From positions 4,526,001 to 4,590,000 of the forward strand of contig OZ316775.1 in assembly GCA_973851085.1 (NCBI GenBank): a stretch of 64,000 nt of DNA, read 5' to 3'. Within the stretch, counting starts at the first letter, position 1. Every line of letters starts with the position of its first letter. Both the position numbers and the translations under genes were made by a program. This document shows, one piece after another, positions 39,218 through 53,398 of this stretch. This DNA comes from Ptychomitrium polyphyllum (lineage: Eukaryota). The notes under the pieces were generated by a model that ran no database searches, had not been told where the DNA came from, and saw only the letters and a list, made by a program, of their open reading frames with translations.

Positions 39218-42200
39218 CTAAGGGAGGCGAATGACTGTGAGGTTAGGCAACGAGGTCGCCTGAAGGTTGTTCACTGCGAACAGCGTCACCTTGCAGCCTT
39301 GCAATGCCAAGGATGTCAAATTCGTCAGTGGCCTCAAATGCTGGAGGCCAGCATTTGTCACCCTGGAATTTGCCAAGTTGAGAGATACTAGATTCTTCAT
39401 TCCTGCATCACCAGCCATGCTACCAAGTCAGGCACTTGAAATTGTGCAAAAACGATGCGGTGACCCTTTTCAGAAAACCCCAAGTTTAGGCATTACGTTA
39501 TCATTAATCCCTCAAAAGTAGTCGTACTTCAAGATAGCCCCTCGGATTGGAAGAGGACAAAACCTTGTCCTCTGGTTTATCTAACTAATAAACCACAGCA
39601 ATTTCGCATCTATCAATAGGATGAAAATGACGAGTAGACTCTATTACTTTCACTTGGATTAAGTTGTTTGATACCCTTTTGGTACCACCAAAGAATGTAA
39701 CACGCTCACCGGAAAGATACTGCAGGGCGTTGTCTGTGAGACGCATGTTTTGTGACAGATTGAGGGAGATAAGCGATGTGAGGTCCTTGATACTCCTCAC
39801 TCCTGCATCTGTGATCCCACCACCACAAAGCTCCAAGGTTTGCAGTTTCTTGAAATCTTTTTCACAAATGCCCACAAGTTAACTTCAGATACGAAATTCC
39901 TGAGAGAATAAGACTTTAAACAACAATCAGTAGAGAAGTAATGAACACGAGCAGACAAAGTCACTGCCACATAACAAAGCTTGCACGATACTAAAAACCT
40001 ATCTCGGAAACTTGTGAGTGCGACAAGGGACTAGAACATGTGAAAATTTGAGAAGGCAAAGTAAATCCTTTGCACCAAAAATGAACCAACTACAAGAAAG
40101 AGATCAGGAAAGTAGTCTCACGTCGAAGGCAAGCCATGCCATAATCAGTGATCTTTGCACCAAAAAGATCCAACGTTTTCAGACCCGTCAAGCCTGCGTA
40201 CGCAGTGTACCAATTCTCAGTATATTCAGCTCGTAATAGGTGAACATGAATGATCAAGAAAGATGGGCATCGTCAACAGAACCTGCTTTAACCATTCACC
40301 TGTTAGTGTAGCAAGGCCTGTATCAGTGATCTGCTTCGAATCAAGATTCAGAGAGGTTAACGACGTGATAGTCGCAATCGTACGCAGTCCACTGTCCATG
40401 ATATGTTGTGTGAAGGAAAGGTTCAAGCTCTCCAGTTTCTTCAAACCTAGCACCCACCTCAATGAATTGTAAACACTAAAAAACAAAGCCAAAAAGCCCC
40501 ACTATCTTGGAGATTGTAATAAAAAGTCGAAAGCCAAAGTAATTCATACAAAATCATGAACAAAACCATGTTCGGTAAATGCTCTAGTTCTTGGCTACAT
40601 AATACTCTTGAATAGGAGTATGAAATCAAAACTACGTGCAAGAAACTATGCTTCAATAGAAACTCGTATTGTCAATTTCAGCTCAAAAAATTACCAGTAA
40701 GGAAGCGCAGTCCGGCATTCTCGATCTCCGAGTCGGACAGATCCAACATTTTCAGGTTGGCAAGCCCTGTAACCGCCAGATTCACGAAACTGTTCAAACC
40801 CATCTGCTTACGTTACTTTAAATTTTATTTTTCATACCAGAATTTCCAACTTTAAATTCAAACTATGCGCCATCTATCTCATGAAAAGGAGTATTCATAA
40901 GTACATAATCGTCGCGAAGTCAATTTTATAACTTCAGAAAGCCCTAAACACTCAACAGAGGAAAATTAACACCTAAAAATGCTAAGATATATGCACTAGT
41001 GTACATATGCGTGCAAATAGTCTAGTATCACCTTTGACATTCTCAATCCCCTCGTCACTGATTTTGCACGAGTCAAGATTTAAACGCTCCAGGTTAGTCA
41101 ACCCTGTATTGTTCCAGAACTCATCATGGTAAGTACGGAGCTATTACTCTAGGTTTCTCTCATGTCTTAATGTTGAGCTCCCAAACTGGGTCCGACATTC
41201 AGATTTGCAAATGCACGAGGTTGATGTCATAAGCTAGAACAGACAATATTTAGTCATGCAACTACATGTAAAGGGATGTCATTAACAGCAAAATCTAGTG
41301 CTTTGATGCTATTCGTGTTCGCATAAACATGTAGTGGATTACTACATTTTTTGAAGGCTTCTCTAGATAATTTTGTTTTTTAATGCAAATCCCACTGCAA
41401 TCTCTATGGAGACGAAGCAGATAAGCTGTGGAAAGTACCTTTCAGAAAGACCATGCCAGAATTCGTGACATTGTTATAACCCATATTTAGCGTCTGGAGG
41501 TTGATGAGACCTATGTCACAAAAACGACAGGAAGCAGAGCTTAAACCACATGAAAAAACCAGTAGTGCATACTGTGTCTCTCAAGTTTGAACAACAATGT
41601 GCAACAGAAAAGGAGACTCTTAAGTCTACATACTACTGATTGCAGAAAAAGGATTCCAACAGACCAAGAAAAACTTCCCGAACAAAATCTCCAGAATGAC
41701 TGACCTTCCAGTTTCTGAAAAGCGGAGTCAAGGAAGTAGCATGAGTTGATATTCAAATGCCGCAGCTCAGTCAGACCTGTGCAAATTGCCACGAAGGTCA
41801 ATAGAACATATGACTCATGTTGTAAAGAAGAGCAATGAAATATCTAAAAAGCAGCAAAGGAAAATCTTACCGGCAATGCTTTCCAGCCCTTTGGCAGTAA
41901 CGGACTGGCAACCTTCCATGCTAAGGCTCCGAAGCTTCTTCAGTCCTGTCAGTCATCAGGCACCAAAAGAGTTGAAACTTCAATTACATCAACAGCCTGC
42001 ATGATAGAGATTCATGTACAAGGGCAACTTCGGAGTTTCTCGGTAAAAGCGAGGACCATTCCGACAGAATCTGCAAGTGCATGACAGAAACAACTCTCAA
42101 GAACTTACGGGAGCATGATAGAACCCTCGTAAACCCTGGTGCACTTTTACCAGAAGAAAACCTGGGAAGGATATACTCACCAGTCAAAGCTGCTATACCA

Positions 42201-44084
42201 GGATCACTCACTTTGCTCCTAGAAATTTGGAGCTCTTCCAGATTCACAAGCTCTGACATTCGTCAATGAAGACAGAGTTAACACTCCGTAATAACGCCTA
42301 GAACGGGCACAATAACTGACGGAACTGACTACAAGAAATGGTACCAAGAAAATGCTTGAGGACCTAGTACCAGCGAGATGCTTGATATCTGAGTTCCGCA
42401 CACCAATGCACCACCCAACGTTCAACTTCTCCAAGGTAGTAAGACCTGCTAACAGTATCAAAAGAACATAGACGTCACAAATGAGCACCAACACGAAATA
42501 CTTACATTTAAGAACAAATTTTCCTCGTATTGCTTCTAACAGTTCCAAAATAATCGGAAAACAACCCAGGGCGGTGACATGAAACCTACAAATTCCTAAT
42601 TATTATCCTCACGAAAAGGCGCAAACTCCAAAGTATAATAAAATGCTGGATAAAGTGCCATTTTCTAGAGAAATATAGCAGAATCAGACCTTTCAGATAA
42701 ACGAAACCACCCTGGATAAGTGGACACCTCTCCAGATCGAGGTCCTTGAGGCTAACAAGATGCGTGAAGCTACCCACTCCAGCAGCGGTGATCGAATTAT
42801 TGCTGCGGAGACTTAGCGATATGAGGTTTGATAATCCTAAATCACAAGCACAGGACCATAGTCAAAAATTCAAAAACCTCAACAGAACTAGAAATTAGTA
42901 AGATCGCCTACATGATATCCTACAGTGAAGGCTTATTGAGAAGAATATTCATACACAGAATGAGAAACAAGCTGTGTGAAGAGTACCTGACAATGTAGGG
43001 AGACCCCAGTCTGAGATGTACTCACAAGAATTCAAGCTCAAGGACTGTAGGTTGGTACATGTTTCAACAAAAGCGAGCCCTTCATCTGAGACTGTTGAGC
43101 TGGAGACGTCCAATGCTAGAAGCGACTCGCCCTGAGAGCCAATAACCTCCAGCCAGGAATCCTCTAGTCCAGGATAATCTGCAAGCAAAACATCCTACAC
43201 AAAATCATCCCACATCTTTAATAAGGAAGCCATCTGCAAGGGTTCCAAATCAGCAGTATATTGTAATCACCAATACTACCCAAATAACTTCCTCACTACC
43301 CTCATTTCAAAGCATCCTTCCAATCACTCCCAAAATTATGTTTCCATCTTTGAATAAGTATTTAAACTTTCAATCAGCGCCTATCGGGTGCAGATCTTCA
43401 GGAGCCTCTGAGAAGATTTTCAAGAGCTCTTCAACATTGAAAGTAATTATACCTGCAATGAGCAGTCTGAGAAAAGCTCCAATGTCGCAGGAGAAAGAAG
43501 CTGTCTCCTCACAAGTTCATCCAAGACTTGCTGAATCAGGTCGCGCGGTACTCCAGTGAAAGATTTCTGCCTTCCAATATTCTACACAGTCCGACATACA
43601 TCAAATTCAGTGGCGCTATTGCAGTTTCGGGCTTATAAAGCATTCCGATTTCCCGTAATTCAGTTCTTCTCGTGAATTGTACCAGGGATAACGAATCATG
43701 TCTGATGCATTACAGCTTTTCTTACCATGCTTATTATGACAATCTCATTCAAACAGAAACTACTGCAGACCACATCGCAAATAAGAGAAAAACTATGGTT
43801 AAACCCTGATTTTCTCAACACCCGTGCCAGGCAAAACGATATGCAAACCAAAGAGAGTAACAGTGCGGATGCTACACCTTGACAACCTCCCGGATACAAA
43901 TCTCAAGCAGCGATGGAGGAGCGCTCGCTCCATGCGGACCAGATGCGAGGGTTTCCAGAGGTTGTGGCGGCTTGACAGGCCATCGCAAGCTCACGCTTCG
44001 ACTCAACCTCCCGGATCGGCTGCTCTGTCCATCATCTGCTTCTACAGTGTGCTGATCTCTCTTGCGTGAACACGCACCCCCCAT
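39218..44084 (-). CDS. Leucine-rich-repeat protein (RNI-like, 'F-box/LRR protein 14-like' plant family), 15 coding exons, 583 aa
   Basis: Exons 44084-43878, 43581-43453, 43194-42987, 42836-42690, 42445-42371, 42252-42181, 41945-41871, 41776-41705, 41510-41439, 41103-41032, 40766-40695, 40446-40300, 40193-40122, 39856-39710 and 39402-39218 total 1752 nt in frame. The MGGACSRKR start suggests myristoylation/palmitoylation. Repeated LxxLxxLNLxxxxITDxG units. Confidence 0.93.
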
Positions 44085-45522
44085 GGCTCCGGTACTTCAA
44101 TGGCTGACCGTGATCTTCCCTCTCATCCTGTTTCCATCTGCAACAACAAAATTCACCCAAATTTATTTTTCAAACAACGAGCAACGTAATAATCTTGAGT
44201 ATATCACGCAAATCTCCATCCCCATAAAAACAACTCATATTCCCCATAACCAAGATTAAAAGCAAGCCAGTAAAGAGACATACCAACTATAAAGAATCGT
44301 GACAATCAAGAACCTCACCATTCTGCAACAATCGAAGCGATCACAAACTGGTTCAGACAATCAAAAACCACCTAAATTCCAGCCTAAATTCAAGAGAACA
44401 TGAAACTATACCATTTTTGGGAAGAAGGCTACACTCCCACGAAAGAAACGACAACAGAAATCATAATAATCCAAAGAGGAAACTAGAAGAAACAAAGACT
44501 CCCATGCCACCGATTCTAGACCTAGGACAAAAACCCAGGGCATCGGACTCACAACCAAATATAAGTAGTTGCAATCAAGCCGCGAATTCTAAGACAGGAA
44601 AACAAAGATAACAGAAACAAACAGTCACTCCAAGTCGTTACACAACAAACTATCTCCTGCACTCCGTAACTGCAAACACCCCACAAGCAAATACCACCAC
44701 TTCCAGCAAACCAAAACCCAACCTGTCACCATAACCATCCATCCACAGCCCAATTGCACGCACTTGAAACACTAGCAAACTTAATCCTCCCGACTCCAGC
44801 TTCCTCAGTAGCCCATCCAAGCCCCGCAAGGAAGGGACAAGAGATCGCGTAAGTGAGCTCCCTAACATGAGAAGCAACCATTGTGAGCAAACAAACTGGC
44901 ACAAACAAACCTGTCCAGAATCTTGCAGAGGCTACCAAAAGTGACAGTTTTGGGCTCGAAACTGACCTCCAAGGCAGAGAGAATGTAAATTTCCGGGAGG
45001 AGCAAGGAGATGGGCATCGGAAGGAGGCGCAATTGGAGCCCTGTCCTCACGGAATACTTCAATAGCGTGCTGCGAAGGACCTCACACATCGACGCTCCTC
45101 TCTCGGCTCTCCTGGCCCAGCCTCGGCCGAGCCTCAGCCGAGCCTCCGGATCGAATACCGGTCGGGGCTGTGTTTGGATCAGGTCTGGGATCAGGTCGGG
45201 ACAGCTCTTGGAACAGGCGGGCCAGGTTTGGGGAGAGATTCGGAAGTGCCAAGGGGACTTTTGTTGGTTGTGGAGTACTTTAGAAGGGTCAAGTGCTTTT
45301 TATCTTTTGATTCCTTCTGTGTTCCTAGGTTTCTACAAGACTGTGCTTAGTCATCGTTCTTTTGCTTTGCTTTCTGTTACTTTCCTTCACGCAATGCTTG
45401 CACGCGTGCTGAGTCATCGCAGTCTGTGTCGATGTGCAAGGCAGGGATGTACACCTAAAATCGTTTTGTACGAAAACCAATACTATGTACTAAAGAGGTA
45501 CATTTAACATCGCATTGTCTAC

Positions 45523-45592
45523 GACGCGTAGATGATGCTACTTTCGGATGCGTAGATAATGCTACTTTCAGATGCGTAGATAATGCTAGTTT
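45523..45592. repeat. Tandem repeat, about 3 x 24 bp (GATGCGTAGATAATGCTACTTTCA)
   Basis: Units start at 45523, 45547 and 45571. Confidence 0.85.
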
Positions 45593-48500
45593 AGGTTACA
45601 GTCACGGTCTATCACTATACAAAGATTTGAGAATATCCTCGCTTTATGGATATTGCATGAACTGTTGCACACGTGTAGTAATATGGACGTCAAAATCACA
45701 TCAAAATATAAGTTGTTTCTTTTTTATTAACTTATTATTTTCATGTAATTTTGATGTCATCTTAATATAAAATGACTTAAGTTGATATGATGCCAAAATG
45801 ATATTGAATGGCATTAAAATGACACATGCCAAAATGACTTTAGCGTTAAAATAAGATTATATTAGAATTATATGAATTATCATCATTATGTCATTTTAAC
45901 TGAAAACATTGTAATATCATTTTAACAATGTTAAATTTACATCATTTTAAGGTTATTTTAATGTCATCTTTATTAGAGATACAAGTGTTTTCAAGAATTA
46001 GCTTCCAAAGACCTAATGATTAATAAGAACTTAATACAAAGACTAAAATAAGGACAGGTTATAATATGATACACACTTGTGTTGGCAAAACTAAAGAATA
46101 CCTTGTATTACCTCTTAGTTATATTATGACGTGTGTATCTCCTAGAATACTTCTAAAGAAATTTCTTACAAAGCTTAAGAATGTTCTAGAAGTCTATAAA
46201 ACCTTCACAAAAAGTTTCCTAAGATGTTGGAACCTCCTTATGAAGCTTCTAAGGAGTTGGAACTTTCTTTAGGAGTTTCCTAAGGTGGTGGAACCTTTTA
46301 AAGAAGCTTTCTAAAGAGGTAGAACCTCTTTACAAAGTTTCCTGAAGTGATGGAACCTTCTTAGAAAATATCATGAGGTGGTGGAATTTTTTCTAGGAAA
46401 TTTTCCAAGAACATGGAAACGGCTATGGAAACATTGAAAGTATTATAAGCCGCTATTATAATATACCACATGATTCTATAAGGTTCTAAAGACTATATTG
46501 CATGATCTATGTTCGTAACATTACTTCTCCTATAGCAATGAATTCTATGAAGACCTCTTCTTCTAACTTGCTTGTCACATTTCCACAAATTCCAAAATTT
46601 ATAGTAGAAAAGAAGCAACATATTCTACTCATTATCCTTTGCCCACTAGTTCAACCAATCCTTGTAAGAAACGGCAATGACATCCATTCAAGACTTTTAT
46701 TGTTGAAATGTCCTAGCCTAAGATTTGATCTTAATTAAATCTTTCAAAATATCCTCCAAACAACATTTCAAGTCCTCTAAGAATGACTCTTCCAATTTCT
46801 AACAAGATGACTATAGTTCAAGCATCTGAATTAAGACTAAAATGTAAAGGGCAACTGGCTAAAGCTTCTACATAAGGTTGCATTCAATGTTAAAATATCT
46901 CTCTCATATCTTGGCTTAGATCCTTTGATACTGAAGGCTTAGAAAGTTGAGCTGGTTCAACAAATGCTATTGTTAAAGAAAGCAAGGCAAACTGCTCTTC
47001 ATGCATATCCATGATAACACAAAGAGTTGACATACTAGCTAGATCTAAAGATGATATATCTTGGAAATAATGCTGCATACAATTGGAAGTTTGAATATCT
47101 CTCTTCCCTTCTTATACTTGTCTATGGAAAAAACCTCTCTACAAAATTAATGACTATTGATAACACGTCATTCCTGACCTAGTTTATGAGGATATCTTTG
47201 ATGAAATTCACATACCTTCTCAGATGCATTTGTGCTTTTATTAAAAGATCCCATATTAATCATTGATGCCATATCTTTGCCAATGTATAAGTTGTTCCAC
47301 AAGTCTTTTATTGATAGGTGAATCTAAGATTTCTTTTACTTCATATTTTATAATTATTGATTTCCACCGGAGGAGGCGGAGGAATAACTCTCTCTAGTAT
47401 ACATGACTTGTTGTAGGTTTCCAAAAACAATACATAGAATACTACATGAACTCAAGGGTACTTAGAGGGAATGATTGACCAGTTTTATCACTTTGTTAAT
47501 TTCAATCGTTTCCAGCCTTTGTTAGTCCAGTTTCTTCAACAAAATTTTATGTGTATGTTTTGTTGTAGGAACCATATGCTATCTCCAACCTTGAACTTTT
47601 GATGGTCTTTCCAATTACAATCTACATAAATTTTGTAACAATCTTGAGCTTGTTGTAATTGGAAAGCAAGTTCTTAATAGATTTTAACAAATTGAGTTGC
47701 AAAATTCTTTGTTGTAGAACTTCTAACATGCTTGATTTGAAATGGATCTATTCAAGGATGTTGGCTATAGTTTGCAAAGAATGGACTTTGAATTGTTGAA
47801 GAATGCATTATATTTTGTAAGTAAAATCAGCTAAAGGAAAGAGGTCTATCCAGTTGTCTTGCTGGTAGTTTGATATTGCAACAAAGGTATTGCTCCAAAA
47901 TTTTAATTATACGTTTGGTTTGACCATTAGTCTGTAGATGGTGTGCTAAAAAAATGTTGATCTTCACGCGCAATAGCTAAAATAGAGCCCTCCAAAAAGT
48001 AGAAATGTATTGCGGTCCTTAATAAAATACAATATCATTTGGTAGTCCATATTTGCGGTAGAAGTAATTTAGAAACAACTTGGTAGTTTTGTCTCGCATT
48101 ACCATCTTATTGCATGGAATGAAATGTGCCATCTTGGTAAACTGATCCACTACTACCAAAATAAAATCATTAGAATCAGAATTTGGAAGGTCCGTGATAA
48201 AATCCACTGACAATTACAATTATAGATCCTTTGACATTAATAATGGATTGAAAAAACCATGAGGTTGGTGTCTTGCTACTTTGGCCTTGCGCAAATATTG
48301 CATGATTAACTAAAATGCCTCAAATATTTCTACAATTGCGGCCACCAATAATTTCTTGCAATCAACTCCATTATTTTATTGAATCCAAAATGTCTTCTTG
48401 TTGGAAAATCACGACGTGTTTGAAAGATCTTCAATTGCAAAGGACCTAGAGGTAGGTACAAAAGTCTTTTATAATGAAGTAAGCCCTCTTGGAATTCAAA

Positions 48501-49111
48501 GTCCTCATTGTTATTTGCCAGATCTCCATTGTTTTTGAGGCGCTTCCTTATATTTTAAATAAAGACATCACTTGTCAAAACCTTCCAAATTTTGTGAAGA
48601 TGGGATGTTGTAGTAATAAACTTTGCTTTCAAATGAAGATTTTGAGGCTTCACTAAAACAGCCATTTGTTAATCCAAAATATCATGTTCAAATTGAAAAG
48701 CTAAATAAGATCTTTGAGATAGGGCATAGGACTTATCATGTAGGTTATCAAGTCTATAAATAATGATAAAGTCAAATCTAGAAAGCAACATTCTCTACTT
48801 TATTTGACGATGATTTAGAACGCATGCACTCATGACGTACTCTAAGTTCTTATGGTCTGTATATATTGTGATGGTATATTGAGCTCTTTCCAACAAGTGT
48901 TGCCATTTTTCAAACGCATCCACAATTGCAAATAGTTCTTTATTCTCTATATCATAGTTAGTCTCTACTGCTGAGATTTTCCCTGAATGAAAGGCAAGAG
49001 GATGAAGTCTCCCGTCTTCATCATATTGTAAGAGTACTTAGCCAAGTGCAAAATCTGAGGCATCCGCTTCCAAATAGAAAGACTTTGATGGATTTGGATG
49101 AATAAGATTTG

Positions 49112-49571
49112 TGTTAAAGACACAAGAAACAAGAAGCAGAAACGAAGTGTTTTCCAAGAATTAGCTTCCAAAGAGCTAATGATTAACAAAAACTTGATAC
49201 AAAGACTAGAACAAGGCAGGATTCAAGATGATCCACAACTTGTGTTGGCCAGATTAAAGAATACCTTGTCTTGCCTCCTATTTATACTATGACGTTGTAT
49301 CTCCTAGGATACTTCTAAAGAAGCTTCCTACAAGGCTTAATAATGTTTTGGAAGTCTAAGGAACTTTTCCAAGAAGTTTCCTAGGAAGTTATCTAAGATG
49401 ATAGAACCTTTCTAGGAAGTTTCCTAAGGTAGAGGGACTTTCCTAGGAAGCTTTCTAAGAATATGGAAAAGACTATGGAGACATCTAAAAGTATTATAAG
49501 AAGCTATTATAATATACTAGAAGGTTCTAGAATATTTTAAGGACTATGTTGTATGATCTATGTCCGTGACA
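49112..49571 (-). repeat. 3' LTR of the younger element
   Basis: TGTTAAAGACAC...GTCCGTGACA on +. About 96% identical to 54654-55114 by eye. Confidence 0.93.
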
Positions 49572-50159
49572 TCACCTCCCCATTTAGCGACGAGTTCCAT
49601 GAGGAGCTCTTTTCTTAGCTTGCTCATCACATTTCTACAAATTCCAAAATTTGTCAAAGAAGTGAAGCAACAAACTTTGCTCGTTGTTCATTGTTCACTA
49701 GTTCAATTGGTCCTTGCAAGAAGCGTCAATGACCACCAGCCAAAACTTCTGTTGTTGAAATGTCTCATCCCAAGATCTGATCTTAATTAAGTCCTTCAAA
49801 ACATCTTCCAAACAAGATTTCGGGACCTCCAGGAGTGACTCTCCCAATTTCTAATAAGATGACTAGAGCGCGAGCATCTGAATCAAGACTGGAATATGAA
49901 GGGCGACTAGTCAATACTTCTGCACAAGGTCGTACTCGACGTTGGGATGTCCCTCTCATATCTTGACTTAGATCCTTCGTTATCGAGGGCTGAGAAAGTT
50001 GAGTTGGCTCAATAGATGCTGTTGTTGATGAAGGCATGGCTGATTGTTCTTCACGCATATCCATGATAACACGAAGATTTGACATACTGACTAGGATCTA
50101 GAAATGAACTATCTTGGAAATAATGGATTTTAGCAAGTTGGATTGCAAAATTACACATT

Positions 50160-50325
50160 GGCAAGGATATCTTTGATGAAAGTCGCGTATCTTCTCGGAT
50201 GCATTTGTTACATTCATTGAAGGTTCCCATATTTGGTCATTGATGCCATATCCTTGCCAATGTGTAAGGTACTCTATACGTCCATTCTTGATGCGTGAAT
50301 CTAAGAACTCTTCCACATCATATTC
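50160..50325 (-). pseudogene. Integrase C-terminal chromodomain
   Basis: EYDVEEFLDSRIKNGRIEYLTHWQGYGINDQIWEP...IRDFHQRYP matches the chromodomain pattern. Confidence 0.88.
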
Positions 50326-53300
50326 AATTTCATTATTGATTTCCAGCGGAGGAGGCGGAGGGACAATTCTCCTTGATATACATGATTTAGGTTTCCAACA
50401 ACAATACGTGGAATACTGAATGAATTTGCATACTTGGTGGTAGCTTTAGGCGATAACTAACTGGATTTATTTGTTTGTTGATTTCAAACGGTTCTAGCCT
50501 TTGATAGTCCAACTTCTTTGATGGTCTTTTTGTTTGTATATTTCGTCATAGGAGCCATACGCTATCTCCAACCTTGAACTTTGGATGGTCTTTTAGATGG
50601 TGATCTGCATAAGTTTTATAATGATCTTGAGCTTGTTGTAGCTAGAAAGTAATTTCTTGATGGATTTTAGCAAGTTGAATTGCAAAATCCTCTGCTGCAG
50701 GGCTTCCAACATGCTTCACTTGAAATGGATCTGTTTGAGGATGATGCCCATAGTTTGCAAAGAATGGACTTTGACTTGTTGAAGAATGCACCGTATTATT
50801 GTAAGCAAATTCTGCCAAAGGCAAGAGGTCCATCCAATTGTCTTGCTGGTAGATATGCTACAACGAAGGTACTGTTCCAAAATTTGATTTACATGTTCGG
50901 CTTGGCCATCAGTTTGCGGATGGTGTGCTGAAGAAAGATTGATCTTTATACGCAACAACTGGAATAGAGCCTTCCAAAAGTTGGAAATGAACTGCGGCCC
51001 TTAATCGGATACAATATCATCTGGTAGTCCATGTATGCGGTAGACGTGATTTAGAAACAACTTGGCAATTTCTTCTCCCGTTACCATCTTGTTGCATGGA
51101 ATGAAATGTGCCATTTTGGTAAATTGATCTACCACTACCAAAATAGAATCCTTAGATTCGGAATTTGGAAGGTCTATGATAAAATCCATTGATAAAGACA
51201 ACCATGGGCCTTTTGGCATTGGAAGCGGATGGAAGAGACTATAAGGTTGGTGTCTTGGTACCTTGGCTCTTGTAGAAGTGTCGCATAATCAAACAAAGTC
51301 CTTTAAATACTTCAACATTTGTGGCCACCGATAGTCTCTAGCAATCAACTCCATTGTTTAATTGAATCCAAAATGTCATGCTGTTGGAAAATCATGACGT
51401 GCTTGAAGGATCTTCAACCGAAAAGGGCCTGGAGGTAGGTACAAAAGTGCTTTATAATAAAGTAGGCCCTCTTAGAATTCAAAGTCCTCATTGCTATTTG
51501 AAGGATTTCCATTGTCTTTGAGGCACTTCTTTATATTTAAAACAAAGACGTCATTCTTTAAAGCCTTCCAAATTTTGTCAAAATGAGATGTTGTTGTAAT
51601 AATGGCTGCTTCAATTGAAGATTCTATGGCTTCAATAAAATAGTCCTTTGTTGATTTAAAACATCATCTCCAAGTTGAGGAGCTAAATAAGATCTTTATC
51701 ATGTATATCATAGTTCATCTCTGCCGCTGAGAACTTCCTTGAACAAAAGGCAAGAGGGTGAAGTCTCCCGTCTTCATCATATTGTGAGAGTATTGAGTTA
51801 AGCGCAAAATCTGAGGCATCCGCTTCCAAATAAAAAGGCTTTGATGGATTTGGATGAATAAGAATTGGAGCCAACGTAAATGACTTCTTAAGACTTTGAA
51901 ATGCTTTTTCCGCCTCTTCATCCCAAATGAATTTTTGCTTCCCTATAAGATGTGTCAATGGTGTCGCAATCTTGGAATAATTCTTGATGAATATCCTGTA
52001 GAAGTTTGCAAATTCCAAGAAGCATTGAACATCTCAAATTTATCTTGGCGTATTCCACTCCATGACACTGCTTATTTTTTTCTTATCCATATGGATTCCT
52101 CCTTTGGAAATGATGTAGCTTAAAAATTCAACCGAGGATTCATAGAAAAGGCACTTCTCCAATTTGGCATATAATCCTCGCTGGCGTAGTTTTTCTAAGA
52201 CCAGTCGCACATGATATTTGTGTTCTTGTTCATCCTTTGAATATATCAAAATATCATCTAAGTAGATGACTACAAAATCATCCAGATGTTCATGGAAGAT
52301 ATCATACATCATATGTTGAAAGACTGCGAGAGTATTAGTAAGGCCAAAAGGCATGACATTGTATTTAAAATGACCATACCTAGATCAAAAAGCTGTCTTC
52401 CATTCGTCTCCTTCTTTGATGCGTACAAAATTATAAGCTCCTCTAAGATCAATTTTGGTGAATATCTTTGCTTGGCCAAGTTGTTATAGGAGTCCTGAGA
52501 TTAATGGTAATGAATAGCGATTCTTTTTTATTACTTTATTGAGGCCTCGATAGTCCACGCACATACGTAATGATCCATCTTTCTTCTTTATAAATAGAAT
52601 GAGTGCTCCAGCAGGTGATTTAGAGTGTTGAATGAAACCCTTTCCAAGGTTTTCATCAATATATTCTCTCAAGGCAGCCAACTCAGTTTGTGATAAATTA
52701 TAAATAGGTCTAAAAGGTGGTTGGGCTCCTTCTTGCAACTCAATGGTACAATCGTAAAGCCGGTGCTTTGGTAACATGTCCACATTTTTCTTCTAAAAAA
52801 CATCTTTATAATCTTGATATTGACAAGGTATATTTTGATTAGTCTCTATTGTATAGCTGGACATTGGCGTGGCTTAAATGGCATAGATTGATTCATCCTT
52901 TGCCGCTCTCATAAATGCCTTTGTTCCAATAAATGATGGTCCAAAATTTCTTGTACCTTAACTTCTTTTCCTTGAGACCACACTCTGTGAGCACCAATCA
53001 ATGTCTAGATTATGTAATTCAAACCCAGGAAGGCCCAAAACAATAGGATTCGTTTGACATTGAATGATGTTGAAGACAATTTTAAATGCATGGTCTTCTA
53101 AAACAACCTCCAAAGGTTAAGTTTCTTCAATAATGTTGCCAGACGCAAGAGATCATCCATCAATAACTTCAACAGGTGCGGGATATTTCTTCTTCACAAG
53201 CACCATGTGATGTTTGGTTGCAAAATCCTTATCCATAAAACATGCCGTTGCACAAATGTTTAAGAGAGCTTCACTAATTATTTCATCATCTAACAATTTA

Positions 53301-53398
53301 AGTTTGATAGGAAATGTAAAACAAGAGATAAGGTTTGAAGGTAATAAGAGACTTTGATTTAATGGTGGTTCTCTTGTAGTATCCAATCGCATGGTCCC

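Noticed and set aside
45613..45970. CACTATAC plus AAAATGAC-like sub-repeats as a CACTA terminus
   Set aside because: No matching inverted terminus was found in the window.
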